A stretch of DNA of 64,000 bases from Octopus vulgaris (GCA_951406725.2 OX597817.1:71796001-71860000); one strand, 5' to 3'. Positions 1 to 14,100 are shown, numbered from the stretch's first letter. Translations and numbers: made by a program. Notes: generated by a model from the letters alone, not told the origin.

Positions 1-991
1 ATATTGATACAGTGCTACTTAGAAAGAAGTGAACCTAAAAGAAGAGGCAATAAAATGGATGTTAACACTTTGGGTAGTGAAGGGTATGTTTAAAGCGACT
101 GAGCAGAGATTAGTTGATCAAGCTAATGCTATTAGAAGAAAGTGGATAACAAAATTGGAGGTAGAAGAGATCACAAGAGAACTGGAAAAGAAAAACCAGG
201 CAGTAAGAAAGACAAAAAACAATATAAGACATACATCTCAAACCAAAGAGGAACCTAAAGGAAAAATAATAATAGCGCTACCAATAAGGCCTAATTGGAT
301 AGAAGCCTAAATATACTAAAAACCAAGTAGATTCGCAATGTATATTATGCAAGTCAAAAATGGAAAGCGTTACTCATATAGTAAGTGAATGTAGCATGAC
401 ACAAAAAGAATATAAGAAAAGACATGACAATCTATGGAGAGCAATCCACTAGGAGCTTTGTAGAAAGCTAGGATGTGAACATACTGACAAACGGTATGAA
501 CATGAACCTCGTAAAGTACTAGAAAGTAAGAAGTACAAGATGTTGTGGAACATCCAAACTGATAGAGTAACATAAGCTAGAAGGTAGTAGTAGATAAAGA
601 AATAGAAAGTGCCAGATAATTGACTTTACAATATCAAATGATGAAAAAAGTAATATGAGTAGTATAGAAAAAATAGCAAAGTACCAAGACGTAGCCATTG
701 AATTACAGGGCCAATGGAAAGTGTGGGTAAAATGTATCCCAGTAGTTATAGGTGCATTGGGAACTATCCCTAAACAACTCCACAGATGGATAGAGGAAAT
801 AGGCATAAAACCCAGTTTAGGACAGTTGCAGAAAACAGTGTTATTAGGGACAGCTAGGATAGTTAGGAAGGTTCTTGGCATCGAAGGTTACTTGTAACTC
901 GGTAAGAGGTTTCTTGGCATCTAAGGCAACTTGTTGTAGCCCGATGTCAGGATTCTTTTCTTTTCCAACGGTCTAATCTGTTGACTGTATA

Positions 992-993
<2 letters not shown>
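1..993 (+). mobile_element. Dong/R4-clade (RLE) non-LTR retrotransposon remnant, internally deleted (N-terminus joined to zinc knuckle and RLE, no RT)
   Basis: ORF 29-310 has EQRLVDQANAIRRKWITKLEVEEI (R4/Dong N-terminal-like). Across frameshifts it continues into CILCKSKMESVTHIVSEC..RHD (CCHC), then EKIAKYQD..IPVVIGALGTIPK..LQKTVLLGTARIVRKVL (RLE C-terminus), then a (TAA)n tail. Confidence 0.85.

Positions 994-1081
<88 letters not shown>
994..1081 (+). repeat. (TAA)n microsatellite, tail or target of the Dong-like element
   Basis: About 28 perfect TAA units directly after the 3' UTR. Confidence 0.95.
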
Positions 1082-1082
<1 letters not shown>

Positions 1083-1084
1083 GT

Positions 1085-1878
1085 TATTATTTCTTTTTAT
1101 TGGAACTCTTGGAGTTTTGCATGCGTATCGGACTTGCTACCTGCAGCCTACGGTACCATGCTATTAGTTCTTTTCGGCTATCTAATACTTTCCTGATTAT
1201 TCTAGCCATGCTAAAGAGGCAAACCTTTTGTAACAGTCCTACTGGGTACTTTATTCCAATTTCCTTGATATTCCTCTTGATGCCTTGTGACACTGTTCCC
1301 AAGGACCCAACAATAACTGGCACTATCTTCACCTACCTCATTCTCCATAGCCGGGATATTTTGTACTTAAGAGGATTGTATTTATCCATTTTTTCGCCTT
1401 CCTTCTTGACTATTCGTGGATCAAAGGGGAATGCAAAATCAACTATACAGCACATGTGGTACATCTTGTCGACCACCACTAGATCCGGCCTGTTATGATT
1501 TTGTCCCTAATCTATATGGAATGGGAAATCCTAGAAGATTTTGCTAGTCTCCGACTCCACCACTCTCTACGCTCTGTGCTGATACCATCTCTAGCCCCCA
1601 CTTTCCGCACAGTTACCATTTTAGCACTTTCGCTACCTGATCATGTCACCACAACTTGTAGTGGTTTGGGGCAAGTCTAGGGCATCCGTTTGTGATATGG
1701 GCAATGGTTTCATCCACTCTATTACAGATGCGGCACAGCGGAGAGACTTGCTCATTCCAAAGGTCGACCCTCCAGTTCGTAGCTAAAGCTTGGACTTTCA
1801 CTACCAGTACAGTGCTCTCGGTTTCTTATTTTAGTGGTCCTTTCTTCAGCCAGTTCCACCTATTTTTCCAGCAATTTC

Positions 1879-1880
<2 letters not shown>
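1085..1880 (-). mobile_element. Second Dong/R4-type RLE retrotransposon, 5'-truncated and decayed
   Basis: Minus-strand translation gives WLKKGPLK*ETES..QALATNW..CRICNRVDETIAHITNGC..HDQVAK and KIVPVIVGSLGTV..LLQKVCLFSMARIIRKVLDS, with stops and frameshifts. Bounded by TTA repeats. Confidence 0.85.

Positions 1881-1963
<83 letters not shown>
1881..1963. repeat. (TTA)n(GTA)n compound microsatellite
   Basis: Direct reading. Confidence 0.95.
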
Positions 1964-1964
<1 letters not shown>

Positions 1965-2141
1965 CTATTTAGTGAGAGAGCAGTCCATGCCATCGAAGTG
2001 ACACTAGGGTAAAATATACGAAGCGCACGATACCCATCATGACTACTCGTCTGGTAAGGGTCCACCAAGGACACATCACAACCATATGTGTGCGACATAG
2101 TGATTTTATATCAAGATAAACAGCGCATGACCCTGCAGGTG
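1965..2141 (-). mobile_element. Probable 3' UTR fragment of another TAA-associated retroelement
   Basis: Non-repetitive ~175-bp block flanked on both sides by TTA repeats. It resembles a repeat I recall as common next to (TTA)n in octopus sequence (not verified). Confidence 0.45.
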
Positions 2142-2166
2142 TATTATTATTATTACTATTATTATT

Positions 2167-2380
2167 AAGGCGGCGTGCTGGAAGAGTCGTTTGCACGTCA
2201 TACGAAATGTTTAGCGGTATTTCGCACCGTCGCTACGTTCCGAGTTCAAATTGCGCCGAGGTCAACTTGACCTTTCATCCTTTCGAGGACGATAAATTAA
2301 ATACAAGTTGGGTACTGGGATCGATGTAAACGGCTGTCCCCCTCCTCCAAATTTCAGGCCTTCTGCCTATAATTGAAAGT
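2167..2380 (+). mobile_element. tRNA-derived SINE, family A (head GGCGGCGAGCTGGCAGAA..CGTTAGC)
   Basis: B-box-like GAGTTCAAATT and central CCTTTCATCCTTTCG.GG.CGATAAA motif shared with copies at 10121, 30175, 30800 and 31171. Further degenerate copies follow at 2414-2660. Confidence 0.85.
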
Positions 2381-4834
2381 ATTATTATTATTATTATTAC
2401 TATTATTATTAAAATGGCGATCTGCCTGAATCGTTTGCACGCCAGAAAAAGCATGGCGGCATTTTGTGCTAAAATTTGAAACAAATATTATTAGTGGGAG
2501 ACCAATATTATTGCTGGCAGAATCGTTCTGAATTCAAATTCTCCCGATGTAGACTTTTCCTTTCACCCTTTCGGATTCACTATAATAATCACTAGTCGTG
2601 TATTGATGCCGATGTTATTGATTAGGGTCCATCTTGCTGGCTTTGTGCCTAAATTTGAAAATACTATTTCCTATATTTTTACTACAGCTTCGTGCACCTT
2701 AGGAACTTACAAAATTTTATTTTGATCTGATGTTTGTTTATTATACAGAAAGTACTTCATCATATCCTTTTCTCTATATTGTGCATTTAAGTACATCTAG
2801 AGTTTTAGTTACCTTTTGGCTAGGTTCTAATAATTTCAAAAACACCTGCTATTACAGGTTGAATAGAGGTGGACCTGATTAAAGCAGGTAATCAAAAATC
2901 TAATTAGAAATACTATGGCGAGGAAAACATTAGCTCAGTGACTGATATTAATTGAATTATTTCAATAAATCAAAATATGTAACGTAAACAAACATAAATC
3001 ATCTATTTCTCATTGGTTAAGTTCCGAAAAAGAAAAAACAAATTGAAAAAAATTATCGGTTTAAAATACAATGCAAAATTCTTAGGTTGGATCCAAAATA
3101 TAATTTCACTACGTTAAAATCAATAGAATATGAAATTAAAAGAGTTGACAACTAATTAATATATACACGTGTATGTGTGTGACACATAATGAAATCATAT
3201 TTTGGATACTTGCGAAGAATTATTGCATTTTAAACCGATATTTTTCTTTTACTAAAAGAACACACACACACACACACATATACCCCACACACACAAACAC
3301 TGAAGAATGGAGTTTTAACAGATTGTTTACAATTCTTTCATCAATTCACATGTTGACCGATCTTACGCCAGTAATTATTAATGTAGACATAAACCCCCTT
3401 TGAATCATATATACATACACAAATACACACACATATACACCTGATGTATGTATGTGTTTATGTATGTACGTATATATATGAAAATGCAAATTGGGTGAGT
3501 GGAACAGGTAAAATCCAGGCTGCATATGTTTCCTAACATGTAAATCCTCCGATGTAATAATTACTCAACGAGGGATACTCAGGTTGCTACGTATCAGGCT
3601 GAAGATATCTTGATTATATGAAGTTCCCATTGTCGTTAAAGAATCCAGAGTTAACTCATCGAAGATATAATTTGATGCTTGAATCTTACAGTTACATAAC
3701 GATATATATGCATATATTTATAAACAGTTATGATCTCTATTGGTTAAATGCATGCATACACACATACAAACATATGCATGCCACATCTGTATAGCCTGCA
3801 ATTAAACTGTAACTCAAAGCTGAGCTCAGATGTGAAAGCAAAAAAATGGTGTGAGGGACGCTGGAAATGTGTCTTTATTTCCCTTAACTTTACAGAAAAA
3901 CACTGTTATTTGGCAAAATTGATACGGAATGCATTACATTTTCGAAGAGGCCATTTTAGGTAATTTTCACAAAAACTGAGAGAGACACACAGTTATGTCT
4001 ATTTCTCCAGTATTATGTTGATGGAAGACAATCTATCCTAATATTCCGGATACTAACCGCTACAAACAGGGGATGGTGTGTGTTCTGACACTTGCAGAAT
4101 TTAGGGATTTTGCATTTATATCTAACAACAGGCTTTCATAAGCGATAAAAATCTCGACGAATGGAATGGTTCACACTAATGTCTAATCTATTCTGTCATG
4201 TCAACTCTAGATGCACAACTTTATTTGTATGTATCTATGCATGAATCTATCTACACACGCACACATATATATGTATGCCATCAACTGCCTCACTTTCAAT
4301 CTTTCTCTCTAAATAATAACAATGATGATGACGATGATAGCCAATATAAATGACGGCTGGGTAATTGGATGATTTCAAGTCACGCTTTACATCGTATTGA
4401 GTTATAGAGACAGAGGTAGGAAGACAGAGAAAGAGGAGATGCAGAGAAGCTTAACGTAAGGGTTGCAGGAGGAGTGTCTTATAACATCATGAAAAATATA
4501 CATATGTTAATGAAATTTTGCAGAGATAGATTTTCGATAGAGTAGATCTGCATTAGGCTGATAAAATTTAGAATAGTTGATAGCATATATTTATTGCAAA
4601 TATGCAAATCAGATAATTGATTTATTTAATATTATTTTAAATTGCTAAATATTTTTGCTTTTGAAATTTAGTATTTATTTCATTTTGTATAATCACAAAG
4701 AAATTTGATGACAGTTAAATTAAAATTACTGTATGTATGCCATAATTTCTTATATTACTCATGATGGACAAAGGTGTAACATCATATATCGAGTAACTCT
4801 CTAGTGTATATGTGTGTGTGTATAAATATATATA

Positions 4835-5012
4835 CACACACATACACACACACACTCACACAATCAATCTAGGCAATACCCTTTATAAGCTCTTTGGTAG
4901 TACAGGAGGCTAACAACATAAATACATATACACACATACACACACACACTCACACAATTAATCTAGGCAATACCCTTTATAAGCTCTTTGATAGTACAGG
5001 AGGCTAACAACA
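4835..5012 (+). repeat. Tandem duplication of a ~92-bp unit (2 copies)
   Basis: AATCTAGGCAATACCCTTTATAAGCTCTTTG.TAGTACAGGAGGCTAACA occurs twice. Confidence 0.9.
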
Positions 5013-5261
5013 TTGTTTAGATTAGTAAAGAACTTCGCGTATTCTTTTGGAAGGGTCCGTGGTTATAGGTCATCAACATTCTATATTGTAAATCCGTGGA
5101 CGGACGCAGCATTAATTTGTTTAGATCGTTCAAGTTTTCTCAACCGATTAATGAGCCAATTCATTAAAGCTATCTATAACGAAGCTACAATGATTACTGG
5201 AAACAGTTGTAAATTAAATATGTAGTGACCTTTATTAATATCCTGTGTTATATATACACAC

Positions 5262-5342
<81 letters not shown>

Positions 5343-5381
5343 ACACATATACATACATATATATATATATATAATGCATAT

Positions 5382-5493
5382 ATTACGAGGTTTATTTCAG
5401 TTTCCGTCTATCAAATCCGCTCACAAGGATTTGGACGGCCCGAGGTTATAGTAGAAAACACTTGCCCAAGGTGCCACGCAACGGACTGAACCA
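5382..5493 (-). mobile_element. SINE family B fragment
   Basis: Reverse complement of GGTTCAGTCC..TGCGTGGCACCTTGGGCAAGTG..GATTTGATAGACGGAAACTGAA. Confidence 0.85.
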
Positions 5494-5502
5494 TATATAT
5501 AC

Positions 5503-5595
<93 letters not shown>

Positions 5596-6606
5596 GTATA
5601 CATATATAAATATATTTGTATACACACACACATGTAAATATAGAGCTCCCCCTGTTGTTTATTGCATACACAAACATTCAATGTTATTTAAGTATAAGAA
5701 AAGGCAGGTAGACAACAGTTGAAGCAAGGAGTGTATTTAGATCGAAAGTTAGATATGCATATATATATAATGATGTAATACAGTGTTATCGTTGCAATTA
5801 TTTCTAAGGGTCGATGAGTGGTTGATATGCAAATATTGTACGAGCAGGTGCAATACTATATAAACGTAAAAGCTAAGTTACATATTAACAAGCACAAATG
5901 TAGATAGCTCCGTGTAGGAGTGTCACAGTATTCTCTTCTGTATACATTATATACTCATACGTATGTGTGCATTTGTGTCTCTGTGTGTATGTGTTTGTAT
6001 ATGTTTATGTGTGTGCACGCGCTTACACCCATAAGTGTACATATGTATGCTTGTATGTATGTGAATTTAAACGTAATTGGGATTGTGTTTCAGTATTATT
6101 GCTTTTCAAAATATGTGATTAAAAGCATGCTAATTGCTATCATGTGGGCAAATATTATGCAATAGAGCTTCAGGAACTCTGTCAGCTCATATAGCTTTTC
6201 TAGTTCATTAAAATTCGAGTTCTGATTTCAATGAATTTGGTTCACTCTACTATTAGATCATGTACTCCCCTATATATTACCTCTAAATTCATTATCTCAG
6301 GCAAAAGAACCCAGAGTTCAAGACAGGCTCAAAATCTTATCGTTCGTTTACGTTAACACATATAATAATTAACTGCGAGCATGCGCACACTTATTCCTAC
6401 TCAAACACACACATTTTAAGCAATATCGACTAGGACGAAGAATGTTGCTATGAATATATTCATACGAACCACAAAGCTAGGAATTGTATCAATAAATATT
6501 ATTTTTTAAAATTTCATACACATATATATGCATACAAGTTATGCGGGCGTGTTTGCATATAGAATAGTATGTGTAAATATGATTATGCAGGTATATAAAA
6601 AGATAA

Positions 6607-6713
<107 letters not shown>

Positions 6714-7549
6714 TATGCAAACACACACACACATGTATATAAGTACACGCAGACACATAGTTAGAGTGATAAGCACATAGGTATATACATATAGACAATA
6801 TATAACATTGCTTTCAAATTTTGGCACAAGGCCAGCTATAATATATGTTAATATTAATATTAATATTAATATTAATTTTATACAAATACGTATGCATAAT
6901 AGAATGTGTAGGATTATGTACATGTGAATATTTTAAGTGTACTTAATTTTATATGTACATAAATAGATGCTTATATCTGTACCTATCTATCTGTCTGTCT
7001 ATCTCTGTATCTCTGTCTCTTTATCTGTTTATCTACTTATCAAAATATCACACCCTTTCTCTGTTTATAAATATGCATATATAAATTGAAGAATATACAT
7101 ATGTGCCTATGTGTGTGTATGTCAGTATGTGTTTGTGTGTTTTGTGTGTGTGTGTGTGTGTGTGTGCGTGTGTGGTGTGTGTGTATGTGTGTGGTGTGTG
7201 TGTGTTTGTGTGTGTGTATGTGCGTCTGTATGTGTGTGTACTCGGGTAAGTTTAAGTATTCAAGTCAAAGAAAAAATTATTCAATAAAGAAACTAAGTGT
7301 AAATATTTATTGCACTGCTGAGGTTACTTTCCGATACATCAAAAAGTTTACTATTAAATTAGTCCTGCTTGGAGATGAGACTAGGGAGGTCTAGATGCTC
7401 TGATGAAGGTGTTAGGAACTTTACTGTTCTGCTCAAATGGTAAGAGAACCATGCGGATATATCAAAATGATAACGTTACTAAAAGCTAAAACTACAATTA
7501 CAATACAACCGCATTTTCAATAGATAACTATACATACATAACATACACA

Positions 7550-7875
<326 letters not shown>

Positions 7876-8239
7876 ATGATCCTAACCTCTTTAATTTGAT
7901 GTAGATTAATGCAAACATATACATTATTACATTAGCATTTTCGCTAACATTGACATATCTAGATATATACAAGTGTAAGCATACAATATCCCTTAGTCAT
8001 ATCCACGAGGTTTTGAAAATCCGCGTCATTCAACTTTATACAAATATACATATATGCGCAAACATATATGCAAATATTTATATATATGTTTATCAACATA
8101 ACTACATAAAATATGTTTGTTTCCATTATTCCCGTGAATGTATTGACAGACATTTCATAAGAAATTCTCAAAATTTATTCAAATATTCATAAATCCCTGT
8201 CGGTTAATCATATAAACTGTTGTCTCCCAGTGTACAATA

Positions 8240-8312
<73 letters not shown>

Positions 8313-8324
8313 AATATATTTGTA

Positions 8325-8355
<31 letters not shown>

Positions 8356-8481
8356 GTATGTATGTACATATGTATATGTATATATAAATATATAAATCTA
8401 CATACACGCATGCATTCATGCATACATACACACATATATCTATATGCATGCATAAACAGAAAGAAGGCGAGAAAGACATAT

Positions 8482-8518
<37 letters not shown>

Positions 8519-8657
8519 GTGTGTGTGTATTCATATATGTATTTTTTTACATGCAATAATAGGTGAGTACTAAACAGAGTTAATTCTGTTTCGATTCTTA
8601 GAGAATCTGATGTCTATTATGAAATTATGTAAATGGTTATATACTTTATATAATTAT

Positions 8658-8798
8658 TACTCATTTTTGCCAGCCGAGTGAAATGGAGCAACGTGAAATA
8701 AAGTATCCTGCTCAAGGACACAACGCGTCACCGGGAATTGAACTCACGACCTTACAGTCTTGAGCTGGATGCCCTAACCACTAAGCCACGCGCCTTCA
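8658..8798 (-). mobile_element. tRNA-derived SINE, family C (5' part)
   Basis: Reverse complement reads TGAAGGCGCGTGGCTTAGTGGTTAGGG..GAGTTCAATTCCCGG..TTGAGCAGGATACTTTATTTCACGTTGCTCC. Homologous to the copy at 16481. Confidence 0.85.
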
Positions 8799-8816
8799 CA
8801 CACACACATACACACA

Positions 8817-8904
<88 letters not shown>

Positions 8905-8933
8905 AGTAAATATATATATATATATATGTATCC

Positions 8934-9251
8934 AAAAATAGGGAATGGAGCAGATAAAATCCAGGCTACATTCGAAAGTAGTTATTGTCCAAATGAGGAG
9001 TAATCCGCTAGCTAATCGTCGGGCCAAATATTCTTTAATCAAATGGTATTTACATTGTCGCATTTTCGATCGAATCTCGTGCGAATCAACATAGGGCCCT
9101 TGACGACAATGTAAACTTCATCTGATTAAGGTATCTTTGACTCGATCTTTGGCTGACGGATTACCTCTCGTTTTGGGCAAGTACTGCTTCCGAGGTTCTG
9201 CTAGCTATGAAACATGTAGCCTGGATTTTATCTACTCCATTCCCTAATTTT
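8934..9251. mobile_element. Fold-back/MITE-like element with long imperfect inverted arms
   Basis: AGGGAATGGAGCAGATAAAATCCAGGCTACAT at the left and its reverse complement at 9224-9246. Complementarity continues inward to TTTACATTGTCG/CGACAATGTAAA. A related single arm lies at ~3490-3700. Confidence 0.75.
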
Positions 9252-9534
9252 AGCTGCTAAACGTAAGCTATAAAACAACTGTTTTTTTTTTTTTCAGATT
9301 ATCTAACTTCGATACGGGAAAAATTTGCAACCTTCTACATCAATAAACCATTATAGTTCCTGAAAGATGTTTTTTTTATATGTTCTATCGTCTGCTCGAT
9401 GCTTACTAACTTCTTGCACATTGATCCTTGCACCTTACCTTTACTTATATATATATATAATTAGGATAAAGTCGTTAATTAATGATTTATCAGTGTTCAG
9501 CGTACATAAACCATATCGGTTAAATTAATATTTA

Positions 9535-9576
<42 letters not shown>

Positions 9577-9691
9577 CAAAGTAAGCAACAAGAATATCCA
9601 CCCCATGCATTTACATGGATAATACCGTACAAAATTCTGGTGTATCTGACTTAAGTACCATATTCATTTGAATCTAAATTTTGCTATATAC

Positions 9692-9770
<79 letters not shown>

Positions 9771-9774
<4 letters not shown>

Positions 9775-10058
9775 TTAGGATAGAGTAATTAATTAATGAT
9801 TTGTCAGCGTTCACCGTACATAAACCATATCGGTTAAATAAATATTTAAAGTCTAATTATAAATATATAATTAAGGGCGCTGGTTGGACAGCGCATGTAC
9901 GCTTGAAATAGACGTCAAGCGACTACAAGACAATTAAGTTAGCACTCCTTAATTATAATTTTATATCTATAATTATACTTTAAATATTAATTTAACCCGT
10001 ATGATTTTTGTAAACTGGTGACTGATAAATCATTAATTAATGACTTTATCCTAATTAT
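9771..10058. mobile_element. MITE-like element with ~100-bp TIRs in TA context; solo arm at 9457-9535
   Basis: TTAGGATAGAGTAATTAATTAATGATTTGTCAG.. is inverted as ..CTGATAAATCATTAATTAATGACTTTATCCTAA. Confidence 0.75.
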
Positions 10059-10120
10059 GTACAAATATATATTTATTCACTCCAGTAACATATTTACTGC
10101 GGTATTATTCTGAGTAAATA

Positions 10121-10325
10121 AGGCTGCAACCTAGCAGAAACGTTAGCACGCCGGGCGAAATCCATAGCAGTCTTTCGTCTGTCCTTACGTTCTGAGTTCA
10201 AATTCTGCCGAGGTCGACTTTGCCTTTCGTCCATTCGGGGTCGATAAATTAAGTACTGGGGTCGATCTAATCGACTGGCCCCCTCTCCCAAAATTTCGGG
10301 CCTTGAGCCTAGAGTAAAAAATATT
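10121..10325 (+). mobile_element. SINE family A
   Basis: GCAGAAACGTTAGCACGCCGGGCGAAAT..GAGTTCAAATTCTGCCGAGGTCGACTTTGCC. Confidence 0.9.
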
Positions 10326-10670
10326 ATTCTGAATAAATCCGCACACATATGTGTGAAATATATGTATATATTCGTATTTGTACGATTGTATTCCTATGGG
10401 TATGTATATGTATTTCTAATTTATTTACGGTCAGTGTACCCTACTGATGATTGTAAAACAATTTTAATACTGCAAAACATGAAATCATAGATATAGGGTT
10501 GTCCACAACATTTTTATAAATCATTTCTGTCCATTTTCCTCGCATACAATCTTGTGATAAAAGGAATGCTAACTTAAGTGGTTTGTAGACGTTTGACTTC
10601 TATTTCACGCATACAGGTGATATCCCTCCAGTGACCTTAATTATAATTATATATTTATAATTATACTTAT

Positions 10671-10703
<33 letters not shown>

Positions 10704-10732
10704 CACAAACACACACACACATATATATAGGG

Positions 10733-10864
10733 TTAGGCGTAGCTGTGTAGTAAGAAGCTTGCTTCCCAACCACATGCTTCCAAAGTCAATCCCACTGCGT
10801 GGCACCTTGAGCGAGTATCGGGCCGACTAAAGCCTTGTAAGTGGAAACTGAAAGAAGCCCGTTG

Positions 10865-10866
<2 letters not shown>
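10733..10866 (+). mobile_element. SINE family B, 5' half
   Basis: GGCGTAGCTGTGTAGTAAGAAGCTTGCTTCCCAACCACATG..GGAAACTGAAAGAAGCCCG. Confidence 0.85.
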
Positions 10867-10909
<43 letters not shown>

Positions 10910-11014
10910 TGAAAATATGTGGTGTATACTGAATCTCCAGTATTTTACTCCTTTTATACTCTTATATTTCTCATATATATATATATGTATGTATGTATAT
11001 ATATATGTATGTGT

Positions 11015-11066
<52 letters not shown>

Positions 11067-11377
11067 ATATATTTATATATAAAGAAAGAGAAAGAGAGAG
11101 AGAGAGAAGGCTGGGATATTCTAGAAACAGCCGTTAGAGACTATACACCTTTGTATTGCATTATATTATATTATTTCATAGCTGAATTAAATGTCCTTGT
11201 CAAGTCTTCCCAAATTATTTTAATCTGTTCACACCTGCTCAAGGGAAAGCCACCTCCAGCCGCTTCAGAAAGGTAGTAGTGAAATCGCATATTCAACTGC
11301 AGTTTATACCGGGATTTTAGTGGTATGCCGAATCGAGGACACATAGTGCATGCTTACCTATCAGTTTGAGTTGCACT

Positions 11378-11480
11378 GACGAAAATGCCTCGTATATTAT
11401 CTAGTGCGAAAATGCCTCGTATATTATCTAAATCGCAGTATATTATCTAAGTCGCAGTATATTATCTAAATCGCAGTATA
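11378..11480 (+). repeat. Short minisatellite (~19-28-bp units ending TATATTATCTA)
   Basis: CGAAAATGCCTCGTATATTATCTA x2, then A.TCGCAGTATATTATCTA x2-3. Confidence 0.85.
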
Positions 11481-11645
11481 TGTGTGTATATTGACTAACG
11501 CATACGTTTCCACAATCTTCAACGGATTTTCACCAAACTTTACACACTCAGTACTTGTGTGCCAAGGGTGGTCATGTACTATAACATTTTACCCAGAGCT
11601 CCTGCGTAAATGGACAAACCGGGAATAATGGTGGTGAACACTAGT
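11480..11645 (+). mobile_element. Possible non-autonomous Helitron 3' fragment
   Basis: CGGATTTTCACCAAACTTT motif typical of Helitron/Helentron-associated repeats; ends in CTAG|T. Confidence 0.45.
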
Positions 11646-12642
11646 TTTTCTCTAATTCGTTGTATGTACATAGTTTTTTGTAGGGTCTTCCATACGTTTT
11701 TGATCTATATGTTCATATATTGGCATTAGAGAATATTTATTAGTGGTTTTCACATTTTTTGATTTATTATTTCTTCATATGTTGTAATTGTGTATTATTA
11801 CTTGGTTAGAGAATATTACAAAAGTGAAAGGATTTTGCCTATATTTATTTCGACTGTCCACCTGAGATGGTGATTTGATTGAGTAGGAACATTGTACGCG
11901 GTGAATATCCAATCCCAAACAATCTTAATCTCCATATCTAAACTGCATTAAACTTTTGAAGCTTACCTTTACCTATTCTGAATTACCTGAAAGGTGATGT
12001 TCCCTTTCCTCTTCTATTTGTTGATACCTTTGTTTACCTACCAATGCGTTGTTTCACTTTCAGGATGCTTATTTACCCATCTATTATGATATTTCGAACG
12101 CGACATCTTTTCACTGCGAACTGCTAAAGATTCAAATCAGTATTCGTGAACTGAAGTCAAACTCTTCATGTTTTCATTTTTCGTTACTTGAAGTCCATTT
12201 CAGAGTGGCCGTACACTGTAAGCACGTAACAAATACATCCCTTTAACTCTACTTTTTCAAGTAGGTATTGTATTGCCATTTTTGAACGTACCAATCATAC
12301 TTCCCTTTGTTGTTGAATAAAATAAACTTGCAGAGGAGAACTTTCAACGTCTTCTTTCAATTTCCTTGCACCATTCATGTGGCTGTTACTGACAAGAAAT
12401 TTCGCTTTTATGTAAAATAACTACATTTTGTAGTCATTATCTGTAATCTACTACCAAAACACTTCAGTAGCCCTACTTTGCATCGCTTGCAAACTTATAT
12501 GTTCTATGATCATTGAAATGCAACAACCTCCACAATAACCAGCCTTCAACTTGGTTTTCTGTTGCTAGGTTAATCGAGAACGTAGATTGCCGCGCTACTC
12601 ATAAACTTTCTCGGTAGTTCAATTATTTGGTGCGATTGCTAT

Positions 12643-12673
<31 letters not shown>

Positions 12674-12694
12674 GCGCGTATATATATATATTAG

Positions 12695-13533
12695 TACACT
12701 ATTGTATGACTGAGCGCCCTCGCGTCGATTCGATTCGATTCGATTCGTTTCGTTTCGTTTCGTTTCTTCTTCTTCTCTAAGCTGGTTTTTATATATAATT
12801 ATGACGCGAAACTCTATAACTCCTTCTTCTCTATCTCTCTCTCTCTCTCTCTCTCACTCCTCCTCATCTCTCTCACAGCCGGGTCGACGGACTTCTTTTC
12901 GCTGGCGGCCTTCTTCAAGTAAACATGCTTCTTCCTGCGCTCGTGAAAATTTTTTCTCGTCTAGGCTTATAGGCCCTCATTATTGTTTTCCTGTCCTGTT
13001 TCTATTCCTTCTTGCACTGTATTTTTTGTAATTGTATTTTTATTTTGTATTTGTTTTTAATTGTATTGTTTTTACGTCCTGTTTTTGTCACATTTTTTCC
13101 CTTGTTTTTACCCCTCTGCAAAGGAATTTTATTTAATTCTTTCGCAGGAAGGACTAGTTTGACGAGACGTCTACTGTCCTTACCTTCGAAACACGCTGGA
13201 GTTGAACTAGGGACAGCTGATGAAGGGGATTTTTCCTTGTGTAGTTGTCTTGTACTCTGTTTTTTTGTTGTTAAAAATATGGTCCGTTCCACGCTGTTTT
13301 TACTTTGTCGTTTCTCGTTGAGTTCTAGTCTATTTGTGGTGTCCTGTACACACGTATATATATTTATATATGCATGTATATATACATGTAGATGTAGGTA
13401 CGTACATATATGTTTGTATGTATGCATATATTTTATTTACTACACTATTGTATGACTGAGCGCCCTCGCGTCGATTCGATTCGATTCGATTCGTTTCGTT
13501 TCGTTTCTTCTTCTTCTTCTTCTTCTCTAAGCT

Positions 13534-13538
<5 letters not shown>
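12695..13538 (+). mobile_element. ~746-bp unit with ~95-bp terminal direct repeat in (TA)n, Penelope pseudo-LTR-like
   Basis: TACACTATTGTATGACTGAGCGCCCTCGCGTCGATTCG..CTCTAAGCTGGTTT at 12695-12788 and 13441-13538, with TA tracts on both sides. Confidence 0.6.
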
Positions 13539-13581
<43 letters not shown>

Positions 13582-14100
13582 TTATTTATTTTATTTATTA
13601 TGTAGAAGGAGCTTCTACAGGACTAGAACTGTTTCATTCAAAAGAAATCATCAGGAAGCTAGTAGACAAGAGTTGTTTTGGCATTTATACATTTAGGCAG
13701 GTTTAAATGGGTGGTGGTGGGGGACTTTTTTGGGGGTAGGCATGCCGCAAAACTGTCATTATTAGGGGAGTGGTCAAAGGAATCGGTGGTAAAGTAGATA
13801 AAAGAATAAAAAAATAAATAGAAAAATAGAGTTTTAGGTAAGTAAGGAGACTCTCACTTGTACATCTACATATATATATATACACATATCTCCACCCACA
13901 TATTCACATATATCTATACATATACATACATACCCACATATACATACATATATATATACATACATACACATACATATACATATACATATACATATATATA
14001 CATATATATACACGTACCCATGTACGTACACACAAATACATATATACATACATATATATACATATATGTATACACACTCGCACATATATATACATACACG

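Noticed and set aside
11378-11480. Short regularly spaced repeats resembling a CRISPR array
   Set aside because: There are no unique spacers and no cas genes, and the context is eukaryotic. It is a simple minisatellite.
13211-13260. Possible SECIS or C/D box motif (ATGA / TGATGA)
   Set aside because: There is no 3' GA quartet partner, apical AA or D box at the required spacing.
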